Source: Chthoniobacterales bacterium (lineage in GTDB: Bacteria; Verrucomicrobiota; Verrucomicrobiia; Chthoniobacterales; UBA6821). Taken from it: a DNA stretch of 64,000 nucleotides. Both the position numbers and the translations under genes were made by a program. The stretch lies in NCBI GenBank assembly GCA_019747735.1, contig JAIEQL010000005.1, positions 28,365 through 92,364 of the forward strand, in the 5' to 3' direction. The notes under the pieces are model-generated. The model searched no databases, had not been told where the DNA came from, and worked only from the letters and a program-made list of their open reading frames with translations. Shown here in pieces: positions 35,287 to 44,267 of the stretch (the first letter of the stretch is position 1; the number at the start of each line of letters is the position of its first letter).

Positions 35287-36450
35287 CTACAGCGTCCTAC
35301 AAAAATTCTCTAAACGATCGAGGCCTTCTTTGATGATATCCATTCCGGCTGCGTAGCTAAGACGAATAACATGATCGTTGCCAAAAGCAATGCCTGGAAT
35401 AACAGCAACATTCGTTTTGCTCAAAAGGCGGTCAGCGAAATTCATCGAGGTCATACCGAATTTGGAAATATCGGCTAAAATATAAAAAGCTCCCAATGGC
35501 TTTGTGGCAGAAATGCGATGAATCGTGCCAAGACGGTTAAACATGTATTCACGACGAATGTTAAATTCATCGCGCATGTCAGTTACGCATTGCTGGCTCT
35601 CCGTTAAAGCCGCCAAGGCTCCATACTGAGCAAAAGTACAGGGGTTAGAAGTGCTGTGACTTTGGATGGAATCAATAGCTTGAGCAATTTTTTTAGGAGC
35701 TCCCAGATATCCAAGACGCCATCCTGTCATTGCATAGGCCTTGCTAAAACCATTGACCGTAATGGTCAAATCATGTGCTTCAGGAGTCACTGAGGCAATG
35801 CTGACATGCTTGGTCTCATCATAAACAAGATGCTCATAGATTTCATCGGAGAGGATTAAAATTTCTTCCTCAGCGGCAACCTCTGCAATGGCACGGAGCT
35901 CTTCTTTTGTATAAACGGAACCTGTAGGATTGCCTGGAGAATTGATAATGACCATCTTCGTACGGGGCGACATGGCCCCTTCAAAATCTTCGGCCGTCAT
36001 CTTCCAGTTGTTGGCGGCAGTGGTAGGAACAATGACTGGCTCTGCTCCAGCAAGGCGCACCATCTCTGGATAACTCAACCAATAAGGAGAAGGAATGATT
36101 ACTTCATCTCCCTCACTAACACAGGCCATGATGGCATTAAAGCAGCTCTGTTTAGCACCGCAGCTGACAATAATGTCGGTTGCTAGGTAATCGAGACCAT
36201 TCTCTTTTTTAAATTTATGAGCAATTGCTTGACGTAGCTCTAGAATGCCAGCGGAGGGGGTATATTTCGTGAGATTCTCATGCAGCGCTTTTTGGGCGGC
36301 AGTTTTAATATGCTCGGGAGTTTCAAAATCAGGCTCTCCAGCAGCAAAATTACAAACAGCGACCCCTTCGGCGCGTAGTGCTTTTGCTTTGCTGTCGATG
36401 GAAAGAGTAAGAGAAGGAGTAATATGAGTGAGGCGCGGTGCAAGTTCCAT
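35287..36450 (-). CDS. aspC: Class I PLP-dependent (aspartate-type) aminotransferase
   Basis: ...NFAAGEPDFETP..., SKAYAMTGWRLGY (PLP lysine), 387 aa. Confidence 0.85.
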   Translation of the reverse strand: MELAPRLTHITPSLTLSIDSKAKALRAEGVAVCNFAAGEPDFETPEHIKTAAQKALHENLTKYTPSAGILELRQAIAHKFKKENGLDYLATDIIVSCGAKQSCFNAIMACVSEGDEVIIPSPYWLSYPEMVRLAGAEPVIVPTTAANNWKMTAEDFEGAMSPRTKMVIINSPGNPTGSVYTKEELRAIAEVAAEEEILILSDEIYEHLVYDETKHVSIASVTPEAHDLTITVNGFSKAYAMTGWRLGYLGAPKKIAQAIDSIQSHSTSNPCTFAQYGALAALTESQQCVTDMRDEFNIRREYMFNRLGTIHRISATKPLGAFYILADISKFGMTSMNFADRLLSKTNVAVIPGIAFGNDHVIRLSYAAGMDIIKEGLDRLENFCRTL

Positions 36451-36492
36451 AAGATCAGTTGAAGTTGTTTAGCGGTTTAGGAGTTTAGAGGT

Positions 36493-37602
36493 TTAGGAAG
36501 TAATAATCTTCTTAAAATTATTTTCCTCGATATGAATGATTCCAATTTCGCGCAAGAAGCTCTCCTTCGAGTCGGAAGCGTGAGCACTGTTGACCATAAT
36601 ATTTTGGCCAAACTCTTTGCGAATAGTTCCATGAGGAGCTTTAGAAGGGTCTGTGGGACCGAGAACTTCGCGAATTTTTCGTACTGCATCTTCTCCTTGA
36701 TAAATGAGCGCAATGCAACGCTCTGTTCCAGGGTGCGCATGCTTTTCTTCAGGATATTCTGAAGGACGTGCTCCCGACATGAACGCGATGATCGACTCCC
36801 AGTGGATCCGACCGTCAGGAAGTTTTGCCTCCAGCACTTCGAGAACGGGTCCATAAAACTCCTTTGCCTGCGCCACGCTCATGTTTTGGACTTTAAAACC
36901 AACAAGAGCGAGTCCTGTGCGTGCTAAGAGGTCGATAATGGCGCCGGGGCGCATGTTAGGGAATTTAAAATTGTCTGGTTTGATGAGCACCAACGTTTTT
37001 TCAAGAGCGGTTCCTTCAGCAAATTCCGAAGTCACATCGAGAATGCCTCCCTCTTGATCGGAATGAGCGGCTAAGAGCGCTAATCCTTCTTGAGCCTCTT
37101 GCAGAGTAGTAGGAGCAATGATTCCTGGTTCAAAATAAAAAACATCTGCGTTTTCCTCTTCTTCTACTTCGATCAAAAAATGCTCACTATAAATATCCCT
37201 CAAGGTCTCTCCTCGGCCATCCATGCTCTCATCATCCCCAACAATGGCGCTAATTTTTTTGATAGCATCAGCTCCCTGAAAAAGAAGAGCAAGAAGCTGG
37301 CGCTGCTCGCCAAAAAAAGAATCACTGTTTAAGTAGTGAGCGGTGAGCTCTTGCTCGTTCAAACTGGCGGCAAGGCCTTGGGCAAGCTTTTCGCTAGGAT
37401 TAAAAAAACGTCCTCCGACAAGCTCTAATCCTGATTGAGAAATAAGCCGGGATAAGATACCACCTGTACGTCCTTTGCGAACAGAATGAGGGGTAATGAG
37501 CACATAGGTAAGTTGATGAGACACGGGTAATAAGTAGGAGAAGAATTTAAAAATAAAGGATAAAGGGGCAGCGAACGTATTAGAGATCTTAGCAAGAGTC
37601 AA
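36493..37602 (-). CDS. Tandem nucleoside-diphosphate-kinase-domain protein (degenerate N-terminal + catalytic C-terminal NDK domain)
   Basis: C-terminal domain: TLVLIKPDNF...GPTDPSKAPHGTIRKEFG...NSAHASDS (catalytic His). N-terminal domain: YVLITPHSVRKGRTGGILSRLI...LLFQGADAIKKISAIVG, without the NxxHxSD motif. A GTG at 37524 is a plausible alternative start. Confidence 0.7.
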   Translation of the reverse strand: MTLAKISNTFAAPLSFIFKFFSYLLPVSHQLTYVLITPHSVRKGRTGGILSRLISQSGLELVGGRFFNPSEKLAQGLAASLNEQELTAHYLNSDSFFGEQRQLLALLFQGADAIKKISAIVGDDESMDGRGETLRDIYSEHFLIEVEEEENADVFYFEPGIIAPTTLQEAQEGLALLAAHSDQEGGILDVTSEFAEGTALEKTLVLIKPDNFKFPNMRPGAIIDLLARTGLALVGFKVQNMSVAQAKEFYGPVLEVLEAKLPDGRIHWESIIAFMSGARPSEYPEEKHAHPGTERCIALIYQGEDAVRKIREVLGPTDPSKAPHGTIRKEFGQNIMVNSAHASDSKESFLREIGIIHIEENNFKKIITS

Positions 37603-37665
37603 ACTGCTTTTTGCCTTAAGGTTTTATTTACTCTTCTCATTTCAGCCTATACCTTCTCCCCTTCC

Positions 37666-38799
37666 ATGAAAAAAGATGCTTCTCCTTCACGCCTTCTTGT
37701 TTCCGAAAGCATTCGCGGAGCCGATATGTTTTATGCGACCTCTTTTCGAGTTTCTGACGATTTTGCTTTTGTCGAACATCGAGGAAAAAAAACTATTTTG
37801 CTTAGCGACTTAGAAATTGATCGCGGACGTCAAGAAGCGGCTGTTGATGAAGTTGTCTCCTATAGCGCTCTTGCAGGCATGCTCGAACGCCGATGGAAGA
37901 GGAAATCGACCTACGCGGAAGTCCTTGCTGCTTTTGTAAAAAAATATGCCACTTCCCGAGTGGTCGTCCCCGAAACCTTTCCCTTAGGCCTTGCGCGAGC
38001 ATTGGAAGAAAATGGTCTTTCTTTGAAAGTGGTTGAGGGAATTTTTTATCCCCAGCGCATGCTCAAATCCGCTGAGGAAGTTCGTAAAATAGAGCGAGCC
38101 TTACGAATCACGGAGGTCGGTATGGAACGAGCTCATGAGATTCTCAAGGCGACAACATTTGGAAAACGCAATCAACTTCTTTGGTGTGGAAAACCACTTA
38201 CTTCAGTGCGCCTGCGCCAGGAGGTAGAAATGACGCTCTATGCAGCTGGAGGACTCCCTGAAGGCCAATCGATTATTGCTGGAGGCAAACAAGCCTACGA
38301 TCCTCATGGGAAAGGAGATGGCCCTCTTTATGCCAATCAACTCATTATCATTGATCTCTTTCCACGCGATGCAGCGACTGGTTTTTATGGGGATATCACC
38401 CGCACGGTGGTACGCGGACGGGCCCCTGAAGCACAGCGGCATCTTTGGGAGACTTGCTTGCAAGGGCAAAAAAATGTTTTAAAAAAACTACGTCCAGGCA
38501 GCTTGGGAAGTCCTATTTATGAGGAACTGCAACAGTTCTTTACCCAGAAAGGTTATCCAAAAGAAATCAAAAACGGTCATTGGAGCGGCTTTTTTCATAG
38601 CACAGGACATGGATTAGGCCTAGAGGTGCACGAACTTCCTCGTTTCGAATCAGCGACCTTTACGCCAGGAAATGTTTTGACCATAGAACCAGGCCTCTAT
38701 GTTCCTGGCATTGGAGGCGTGCGGCATGAAGATGTCGTGTTGATTACAAAAACGGGGTACCGTCAACTAACTCGTTTTCCCAAGCAACTTGAAATTTAG
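37666..38799 (+). CDS. pepP: M24-family Xaa-Pro aminopeptidase
   Basis: Pita-bread fold metal ligands: ...IIDLFPRD...GDITRT..., HSTGHGLGLEVHE, LTIEPGLY...GGVRHED. Confidence 0.8.
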   Translation: MKKDASPSRLLVSESIRGADMFYATSFRVSDDFAFVEHRGKKTILLSDLEIDRGRQEAAVDEVVSYSALAGMLERRWKRKSTYAEVLAAFVKKYATSRVVVPETFPLGLARALEENGLSLKVVEGIFYPQRMLKSAEEVRKIERALRITEVGMERAHEILKATTFGKRNQLLWCGKPLTSVRLRQEVEMTLYAAGGLPEGQSIIAGGKQAYDPHGKGDGPLYANQLIIIDLFPRDAATGFYGDITRTVVRGRAPEAQRHLWETCLQGQKNVLKKLRPGSLGSPIYEELQQFFTQKGYPKEIKNGHWSGFFHSTGHGLGLEVHELPRFESATFTPGNVLTIEPGLYVPGIGGVRHEDVVLITKTGYRQLTRFPKQLEI

Positions 38800-38839
38800 A
38801 GTGTTTGCTAAAATCCTCTTTGTTGAAATTTGAGTCTGG

Positions 38840-38920
38840 AGTTTGAGTTTGAGTTACCTTCGCGCTTCGCGCATCTTAAAAAATAAAGCGCGAAGCGCCT
38901 ATTAAACTCAAACTCAAACT
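38840..38920. repeat. Family E palindromic element, intact (E2)
   Basis: agtttgagtttgagttaccttcgcgcttcgcgc...gcgcgaagcgcctattaaactcaaactcaaact. Followed by the conserved gctagcactcaaactt box. Confidence 0.75.
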
Positions 38921-39011
38921 GCTAGCACTCAAACTTTCATCACATACAATTTTGTTTTCTTTAAATGAATACGACTACAATGATTGATGACGCTTCCTAA
39001 CTAATTTCCCT

Positions 39012-39977
39012 ATGCCTGCTTCTTTTCGCGATTACTATGAAACGCTCGGTGTTAGCAAATCTGCAACAGCCGATGAAATTAAAAAAGCTTTTCGTAAGCT
39101 TGCCCGTCAGCATCATCCCGATTTGGCAAAAGATAAAAAAGCAGCAGAGGCAAAATTTAAAGAAATCAATGAGGCCTACGAGGTTTTGGGCAATCCCGAA
39201 AACCGAAAAAAGTATGATGCTTATGGAGCCAATTGGTCTCAAGCAGCTGCCGGTGGAAGAAGTCGTCAAGGTGCTGCTTCGGGGATGCCAGGAGGTTTTG
39301 GTGGCTTTGAAAACATGGGAGGTTTTGAGCAAGAAGGCGAATCGTTTCATTTTGGAGGCACTGGGTACAGCGACTTCTTTGAACAATTTTTTGGAACACG
39401 CCGTAGTGGTAGCTCTGGAAGTCGCTCTCAGAGTGGATTTGGAGGAATGCCTCAACGTGGCAGTGATATTGAGGCTGATCTTCTGGTTACCCTGGAAGAA
39501 GTGCTCCATGGAGCGACACGCCAAGTTTCTTTTCGAAAAGCTGGTTCTGAGAAATTGCAAACCTACACGGTTAAGATTCCTCAAGGCGTCCATGAAGGGC
39601 AACGTATTCGACTTGCAGGACAAGGGGGATCAGGCGGACCACAGGGAACTCCTGGAGATCTCTACCTCTGCATCAAACTCCAACAGCATCCTGATTTTTA
39701 TTTTGAAGGAAGCGATGTTTACTACGATCTGGAAATTCCCGCTTGGCAAGCTGTACTTGGCGGTGAATTAACGATTCCAGTTCCCGAAGGCCGCGTGAAA
39801 TTAAAAATCCCTGCAGGAACTGAAAGCGGAAAAAAATTTAGAATCCCTCACAAAGGCCTTCCCAGCGGAGGTAGCAATCGAGGTGACTTTTTTGCTGTGG
39901 TGACCATTAAGATTCCCACCACTCTCTCAGCCGCAGAGAAAGCTGCTTGGGAGCAGTTACGAATGGCGCAGAGTTAA
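39012..39977 (+). CDS. cbpA: DnaJ-class co-chaperone without zinc finger (CbpA-like)
   Basis: J domain DYYETLGVSKSATADEIKKAFRKLARQHHPDL, a G/F-rich linker, and two C-terminal beta domains. No CxxCxGxG repeats. Confidence 0.8.
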   Translation: MPASFRDYYETLGVSKSATADEIKKAFRKLARQHHPDLAKDKKAAEAKFKEINEAYEVLGNPENRKKYDAYGANWSQAAAGGRSRQGAASGMPGGFGGFENMGGFEQEGESFHFGGTGYSDFFEQFFGTRRSGSSGSRSQSGFGGMPQRGSDIEADLLVTLEEVLHGATRQVSFRKAGSEKLQTYTVKIPQGVHEGQRIRLAGQGGSGGPQGTPGDLYLCIKLQQHPDFYFEGSDVYYDLEIPAWQAVLGGELTIPVPEGRVKLKIPAGTESGKKFRIPHKGLPSGGSNRGDFFAVVTIKIPTTLSAAEKAAWEQLRMAQS

Positions 39978-40139
39978 CCTGAGTTCCGCAGTTGTGAATG
40001 GCGATCTTTCGCAATAGACTCAGCCTCAAAACATTTTCCAAACCTCTTATGTATGACACATACACCGCAGGCTTTTGAAAATAATTTTGAAACCAAGTCC
40101 TTACAAAATATCATCCACCCCAACTGCGAAATTCAGGTT
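39976..40139. repeat. MITE-like element bounded by 19-nt imperfect inverted repeats (family G, single copy in window)
   Basis: aacctgagttccgcagttg ... caactgcgaaattcaggtt (16 of 19 complementary by eye). Spans 164 bp and starts at the cbpA stop codon. Confidence 0.4.
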
Positions 40140-40150
40140 AAAATGGAAGA

Positions 40151-40323
40151 AATAGCCACAAAAGAACTCAAAGAAAAAGGCACATTATTTTTTTAAAATT
40201 AGCTAATTATTCCGCTGACACCGCTGACATTTTTTGTTTGGCATCTTTGTGTTTCTTTGTGTTCTTTTGTGGCTATTCATTTTTTTCTGCCATCCCTTCT
40301 ATCGCTTCCATTCCTGTTAATTC
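40151..40323. repeat. Family C palindrome (C5) fused to family D motif (D4)
   Basis: aatagccacaaaagaactcaaag ... tttgtgttcttttgtggctatt followed by cattttttctgccatcccttctatcgcttccattcctgttaattc. Same C+D arrangement as 11049-11205. Confidence 0.8.
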
Positions 40324-41535
40324 TTTTTTTGGGAAATACGTTGGCAGAGATGTTTGATGAAGCTCATTGATAGCTCCCAATGCCTTAGTGAGAGACTCTA
40401 TTTCATCAGCTCGATGAGATGCTGTCAGTGTAAGGCGAAGGCGCGCAGCTCCTCGAGGGACCGAAGGGTAGCGAAGTGCTGAAAGGAAAAATCCACCTTT
40501 CAAAAGTTCACAAGAGGTAGCAAGTGTCTTTTTTTCATCTCCAATAATTAGTGGAAAAATGGCGCTAACTGGTTTAGTGGGCCAAGAAGCAAGCTTTGTA
40601 AAATAATGAATATTTTGCCAGAGCTGTTGTGCGAGTGTTTCTCCTTCTTGGGAATTAATAATCCGTAAAGCTGCTCGTGCCGCTGCAATAGAAGAAGGTG
40701 GGGCAGCTGTCGTATAAATAAAGCTACGAGCACGGTGCAACAAATAGTCAATCAGGCACCGCGAAGCGCAGAGGTAGCCACCAGTAGCACCCATGGCTTT
40801 ACTCATTGTGCCCATTTGAATTTCTACATGCTGGGAAAGACCGAGTTCTCCAATTAGGCCGCCCATTCGTTTTCCAGCAAGACCACGAACGCCTATAACA
40901 TGAGCTTCATCCACAAAAAGCAGAGCGCCATAACGCTCCTTTAAGGCTACTATTTCGCGCAAAGGAGCCACATCTCCATCCATACTAAAAGCGGATTCCG
41001 TAACGATTAAAATGACTCCTTGAGGAAATTTCTGGCGTGCCCAACGAAGCTGTTTTTCCAAATGCTCTAAGTCGTTGTGATGAAAAATACGCAACGTTGC
41101 TTTGCTTGCTCTAGCCCCATCAATAAGGCATGCATGAGCTAATTTGTCTAAAATGATGATATCACCATGCTCCAGCAATACGGAAAGCGCCCCTGTAGCA
41201 GCAGCAAAGCCTGTTGGAAACAAGAGTGCTGCTTCTTGATTGGTAACTGCTGCTAGTTCTTCTTCCAACGCTGCATGTTCTTTGCTCGTGCCACAGACAA
41301 GTCGTGAGGCAGTAGCCCCAAATCCAAACCGCTTCATCGCCTCTTGGGCGGCATAACAAAGTTGGGGATGGCTTGCTAAGCCCAAATAATCACTCGAAGA
41401 AAAATTACATAACTCTTGATCACCAACCAAAAGATGACCCCTTCTCACCCTCTCTATCACCGCAGGAGAGCGCCATAACTTTTTTTCTTTTATCCTACCT
41501 AGCTCGGCTGAAAGGCGTTCTTGTAGCTGGATCAT
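40273..41535 (-). CDS. bioF: 8-amino-7-oxononanoate synthase-type alpha-oxoamine synthase
   Basis: PLP fold with ...DEAHVIGVRG..., GTMSKAMGATGGY (PLP lysine). The last ~18 codons (KKELTGMEAIEGMAEKNE) are encoded by repeat D4/C5. Confidence 0.65.
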   Translation of the reverse strand: MIQLQERLSAELGRIKEKKLWRSPAVIERVRRGHLLVGDQELCNFSSSDYLGLASHPQLCYAAQEAMKRFGFGATASRLVCGTSKEHAALEEELAAVTNQEAALLFPTGFAAATGALSVLLEHGDIIILDKLAHACLIDGARASKATLRIFHHNDLEHLEKQLRWARQKFPQGVILIVTESAFSMDGDVAPLREIVALKERYGALLFVDEAHVIGVRGLAGKRMGGLIGELGLSQHVEIQMGTMSKAMGATGGYLCASRCLIDYLLHRARSFIYTTAAPPSSIAAARAALRIINSQEGETLAQQLWQNIHYFTKLASWPTKPVSAIFPLIIGDEKKTLATSCELLKGGFFLSALRYPSVPRGAARLRLTLTASHRADEIESLTKALGAINELHQTSLPTYFPKKELTGMEAIEGMAEKNE

Positions 41536-42545
41536 TTTGATTCCAGCAATATGCGAAGAACAGCAGGCCCTTGATAAATAAAGGCTGTGTAAATCTGTAA
41601 TAAAGTCGCTCCTGCCCTCAAGCGCTCTTGAGCTGAAACTGCATCGTGAATACCTCCACAGGCAATGACAGGAAGCGTTGTCTGTTGACGAATCCTCTGG
41701 AGTACTTGGAGAGAGCGAGATTGCAAAGGAACTCCGCTGAGTCCTCCTGTTTGATCTTGATTAGCACGGATACTAGAGTGATCCAGCGTCGTGTTGGTCG
41801 CGATGAGCCCAGCAAGTTTTTCCTCTTCGGCAAGCTCTAGGATACTGACCAAATCTTCCTGGGTAAGGTCCGGTGCAACCTTGATAAATAGAGGAACAGA
41901 GGGCGACCCCTCCCAATCACGCAATGTTTTGATAATGGTGGCTAAGGCTGTTTTGGCTTGTAAGTCGCGCAACCCTGGCGTGTTGGGAGAGCTAACATTA
42001 ATCACATAGTAATCACCAAGACCATGAAGCTCACGAAAGCTTGCAAGGTAATCCTGAGCAGCCTCTTCAAGTGGCGTGATGCGTGATTTGCCAATATTGA
42101 TCCCCACTGGAATACGAGGCCATTTCCCTTGTGACCTCATAAAATTAAGGCGATGAGCAACAGCAGCCGCTCCCTCATTATTAAATCCCAGACGGTTGAT
42201 GAGGGCTTCTTGTTCTGGAAAACGAAAAAGTCGTGGCTTGGGATTGCCTGGTTGCGCGTGGGCCGTAATGGTTCCAATTTCGACAAATCCAAAACCAAGC
42301 GCTTCCCAAGCCAAAAGAGCCACGCCATTTTTGTCCATCCCTGCTGCAAGTCCAATAGGATGAGAAAATTCAATGCCAGCAAGAGTGCGAGGAAGGAGAG
42401 GCATTTCTCCTGCAAGTCCATTTGTGATTTTTTTTAAAAACCAAGGAGCTCCGGAAGCTACTTTGAGTGCGGTTAAGACTGCCTCATGTGCTTTTTCTGG
42501 ATCGAGTTGAAAGAAAAAAGGACGAAGGATTTTTTGGTAGAGCAC
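41532..42545 (-). CDS. pyrD: Dihydroorotate dehydrogenase (quinone, class 2)
   Basis: ...GLAAGMDKNG...GFGFVEIGTIT..., NISSPNTPGLR, TGGLSGVPL, ACGGI. GTG start. 4-nt overlap with bioF. Confidence 0.85.
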   Translation of the reverse strand: MLYQKILRPFFFQLDPEKAHEAVLTALKVASGAPWFLKKITNGLAGEMPLLPRTLAGIEFSHPIGLAAGMDKNGVALLAWEALGFGFVEIGTITAHAQPGNPKPRLFRFPEQEALINRLGFNNEGAAAVAHRLNFMRSQGKWPRIPVGINIGKSRITPLEEAAQDYLASFRELHGLGDYYVINVSSPNTPGLRDLQAKTALATIIKTLRDWEGSPSVPLFIKVAPDLTQEDLVSILELAEEEKLAGLIATNTTLDHSSIRANQDQTGGLSGVPLQSRSLQVLQRIRQQTTLPVIACGGIHDAVSAQERLRAGATLLQIYTAFIYQGPAVLRILLESK

Positions 42546-42891
42546 GGCAGAAAAGAATTGTTAAACCTAAAAAAGTGAATCGAAATGGGAAATATGGCGT
42601 AAGGAGTTGGTTCTAATAGGGTTTTTCAATCGGTGCAGCGTACCTTAAGCTATAGCTTGCTATGGCGCTCCTTTTTATACGTAAGCTTGCGATTGAAAAA
42701 ACTTTTTCAGGTCGAGTATATTGCGTCAGATTTTCTGTTTCCATTCACGTTTTTAGGTTAAGCAATCAACGATACTCGGTGACGGTTAGAAGTTGAAGTT
42801 GAAGTTTTGATCAGAATCAGACCTTGCTTCCAAAGAAAGAAGGACTACGAGTGCCTCCTTGAGGTCCGTCTGGAGGATTTTCAACCAGAAA

Positions 42892-44238
42892 CTATTTTCC
42901 AATGCAAAAGTTTTGAAAAATTTCTCCCAAGATTTCTTCCGTGCTAACGGCTCCGACAACGTTGCCAACTTTCTCAAGAGCGGCATGCAGTTCTACTGCC
43001 AAAAGTTCGAGAGCTTCCTTTTGATCGATGATGTTAAGCGCCCTTTCAGTCGCTTGCAAAGCTTCTTGTAAACACGCTTGATGGCGTTTGTTAATGGCAA
43101 CTGAGGAAGAAATAGATTCGATAACCACCTGATTTTTATTAGTCACTTGCTCAATAATACGACTGATTAATAAATCGATACCCTCCCCTGTAACGCAGGA
43201 AATAAGGATCGCAGTAGGGTGGCGCTCTTTTACAACGGTACAGTCTAGAAGAAGATCCATTTTGTTAAAAACAAGCAACTCTCCCTCTTTGATAGGCACA
43301 ATGGGTTCTTTAAAAAGCATGGCATCGACAAGATGGAGACAAAGCTCCGAGGCATGAGCCGAGCGCTGGGCTCGTAGCACTCCTTCTTGCTCAATAAGGT
43401 CCTCCGTGGCACGAAGACCAGCAGTATCAGTGAAACGAAACGGGAAGCCGCCCAGTACCATTGATTCCTCTAAAGTGTCGCGCGTGGTCCCTGGAATAGG
43501 GCTGACAATGGCACGCTCCATGCCAAGGAGGTAGTTGAGAAGACTCGATTTTCCGGCATTGGGAGCTCCGCAAAGTGCTACCGAGATTCCTTCGCGTAGC
43601 AGGCGTCCCTCTTCTGCGGTAGCGAGGAGTTCTTGAAGATGCTCCCCAATTTTTGCAATGCGAGAGCGTAAGAGTTCTCCCGTTTCTGGGGCAATGTCCT
43701 CTTCGGGAAAATCTAAAAATGCTTCGAGATGCGCCATTGCTGCAAGGAGCTCCTTGCGTAAGAGCGTGATCTCTTGACCCAGTCGCCCAGAGAGCTGTTC
43801 CATGGCACTGCGCTGAGACCGCTCTGTTTGAGAAGCAATCAAATCCATCACCGCCTCGGCTTGCGTGAGGTCCATTTTGCCGTTGAGATAAGCTCGTTGC
43901 GTAAACTCTCCAGGCCGTGCAATGCGCGCGCCCGAGAGTAGCAAAACTTCCAAAATGCGTGCGCTGATGCGGACTCCTCCATGACAACTGATTTCCACAA
44001 GATCCTCTCCAGTGTAACTGCCAGGGGCACGAAAGAGCGTGAGCAGCACCTCATCGATCACCTCACTTTGATGGACAATTTTTCCAAAGTAGCAGCGATG
44101 GGACTCCATTAGCGATGGCTTTTTTTTCCCCTGAAAGAGGGCTTCCGCAATGGCAATAGCCTCCGTTCCAGAAAGGCGCAAAAGCGCAATCGCTCCTTGG
44201 CCTGGAGCTGTGGCAATAGCGGCGATGGTGTCAGTCAT
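42892..44238 (-). CDS. mnmE: tRNA modification GTPase MnmE
   Basis: [12 protein letters not shown] domain [12 protein letters not shown] / DTAG / NKMD, and the C-terminal FCIGK. Confidence 0.9.
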   Translation of the reverse strand: MTDTIAAIATAPGQGAIALLRLSGTEAIAIAEALFQGKKKPSLMESHRCYFGKIVHQSEVIDEVLLTLFRAPGSYTGEDLVEISCHGGVRISARILEVLLLSGARIARPGEFTQRAYLNGKMDLTQAEAVMDLIASQTERSQRSAMEQLSGRLGQEITLLRKELLAAMAHLEAFLDFPEEDIAPETGELLRSRIAKIGEHLQELLATAEEGRLLREGISVALCGAPNAGKSSLLNYLLGMERAIVSPIPGTTRDTLEESMVLGGFPFRFTDTAGLRATEDLIEQEGVLRAQRSAHASELCLHLVDAMLFKEPIVPIKEGELLVFNKMDLLLDCTVVKERHPTAILISCVTGEGIDLLISRIIEQVTNKNQVVIESISSSVAINKRHQACLQEALQATERALNIIDQKEALELLAVELHAALEKVGNVVGAVSTEEILGEIFQNFCIGK

Positions 44239-44267
44239 GAAGCTTAAAGTAAAAAGTTGAAATGCTG

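Noticed and set aside
36477-36854. 125-aa minus-strand ORF overlapping the 3' end of the NDK-like gene.
   Set aside because: It is an alternative frame of a gene with clear NDK motifs and has no independent support.
38997-39771. Two long alternative ORFs over cbpA (39037-39771 plus strand, 244 aa; 38997-39623 minus strand, 208 aa).
   Set aside because: The cbpA frame carries an unmistakable J domain (HPD motif) and DnaJ C-terminal domains. The alternative frames have no motifs and low-complexity composition, so they are most likely open by chance.
42620-42702. 83-bp inverted-repeat-bounded segment (ggtttttcaatcg ... cgattgaaaaac) in the pyrD-mnmE spacer, considered as a sRNA or MITE.
   Set aside because: It is a single copy in the window with short (11-12 nt) arms. 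It has no promoter or terminator features and no similarity to the other repeat families.
43427-43987. 186-aa alternative-frame ORF inside mnmE.
   Set aside because: It is Arg/Ser/His-rich and has no motif. The mnmE frame has all the GTPase motifs.
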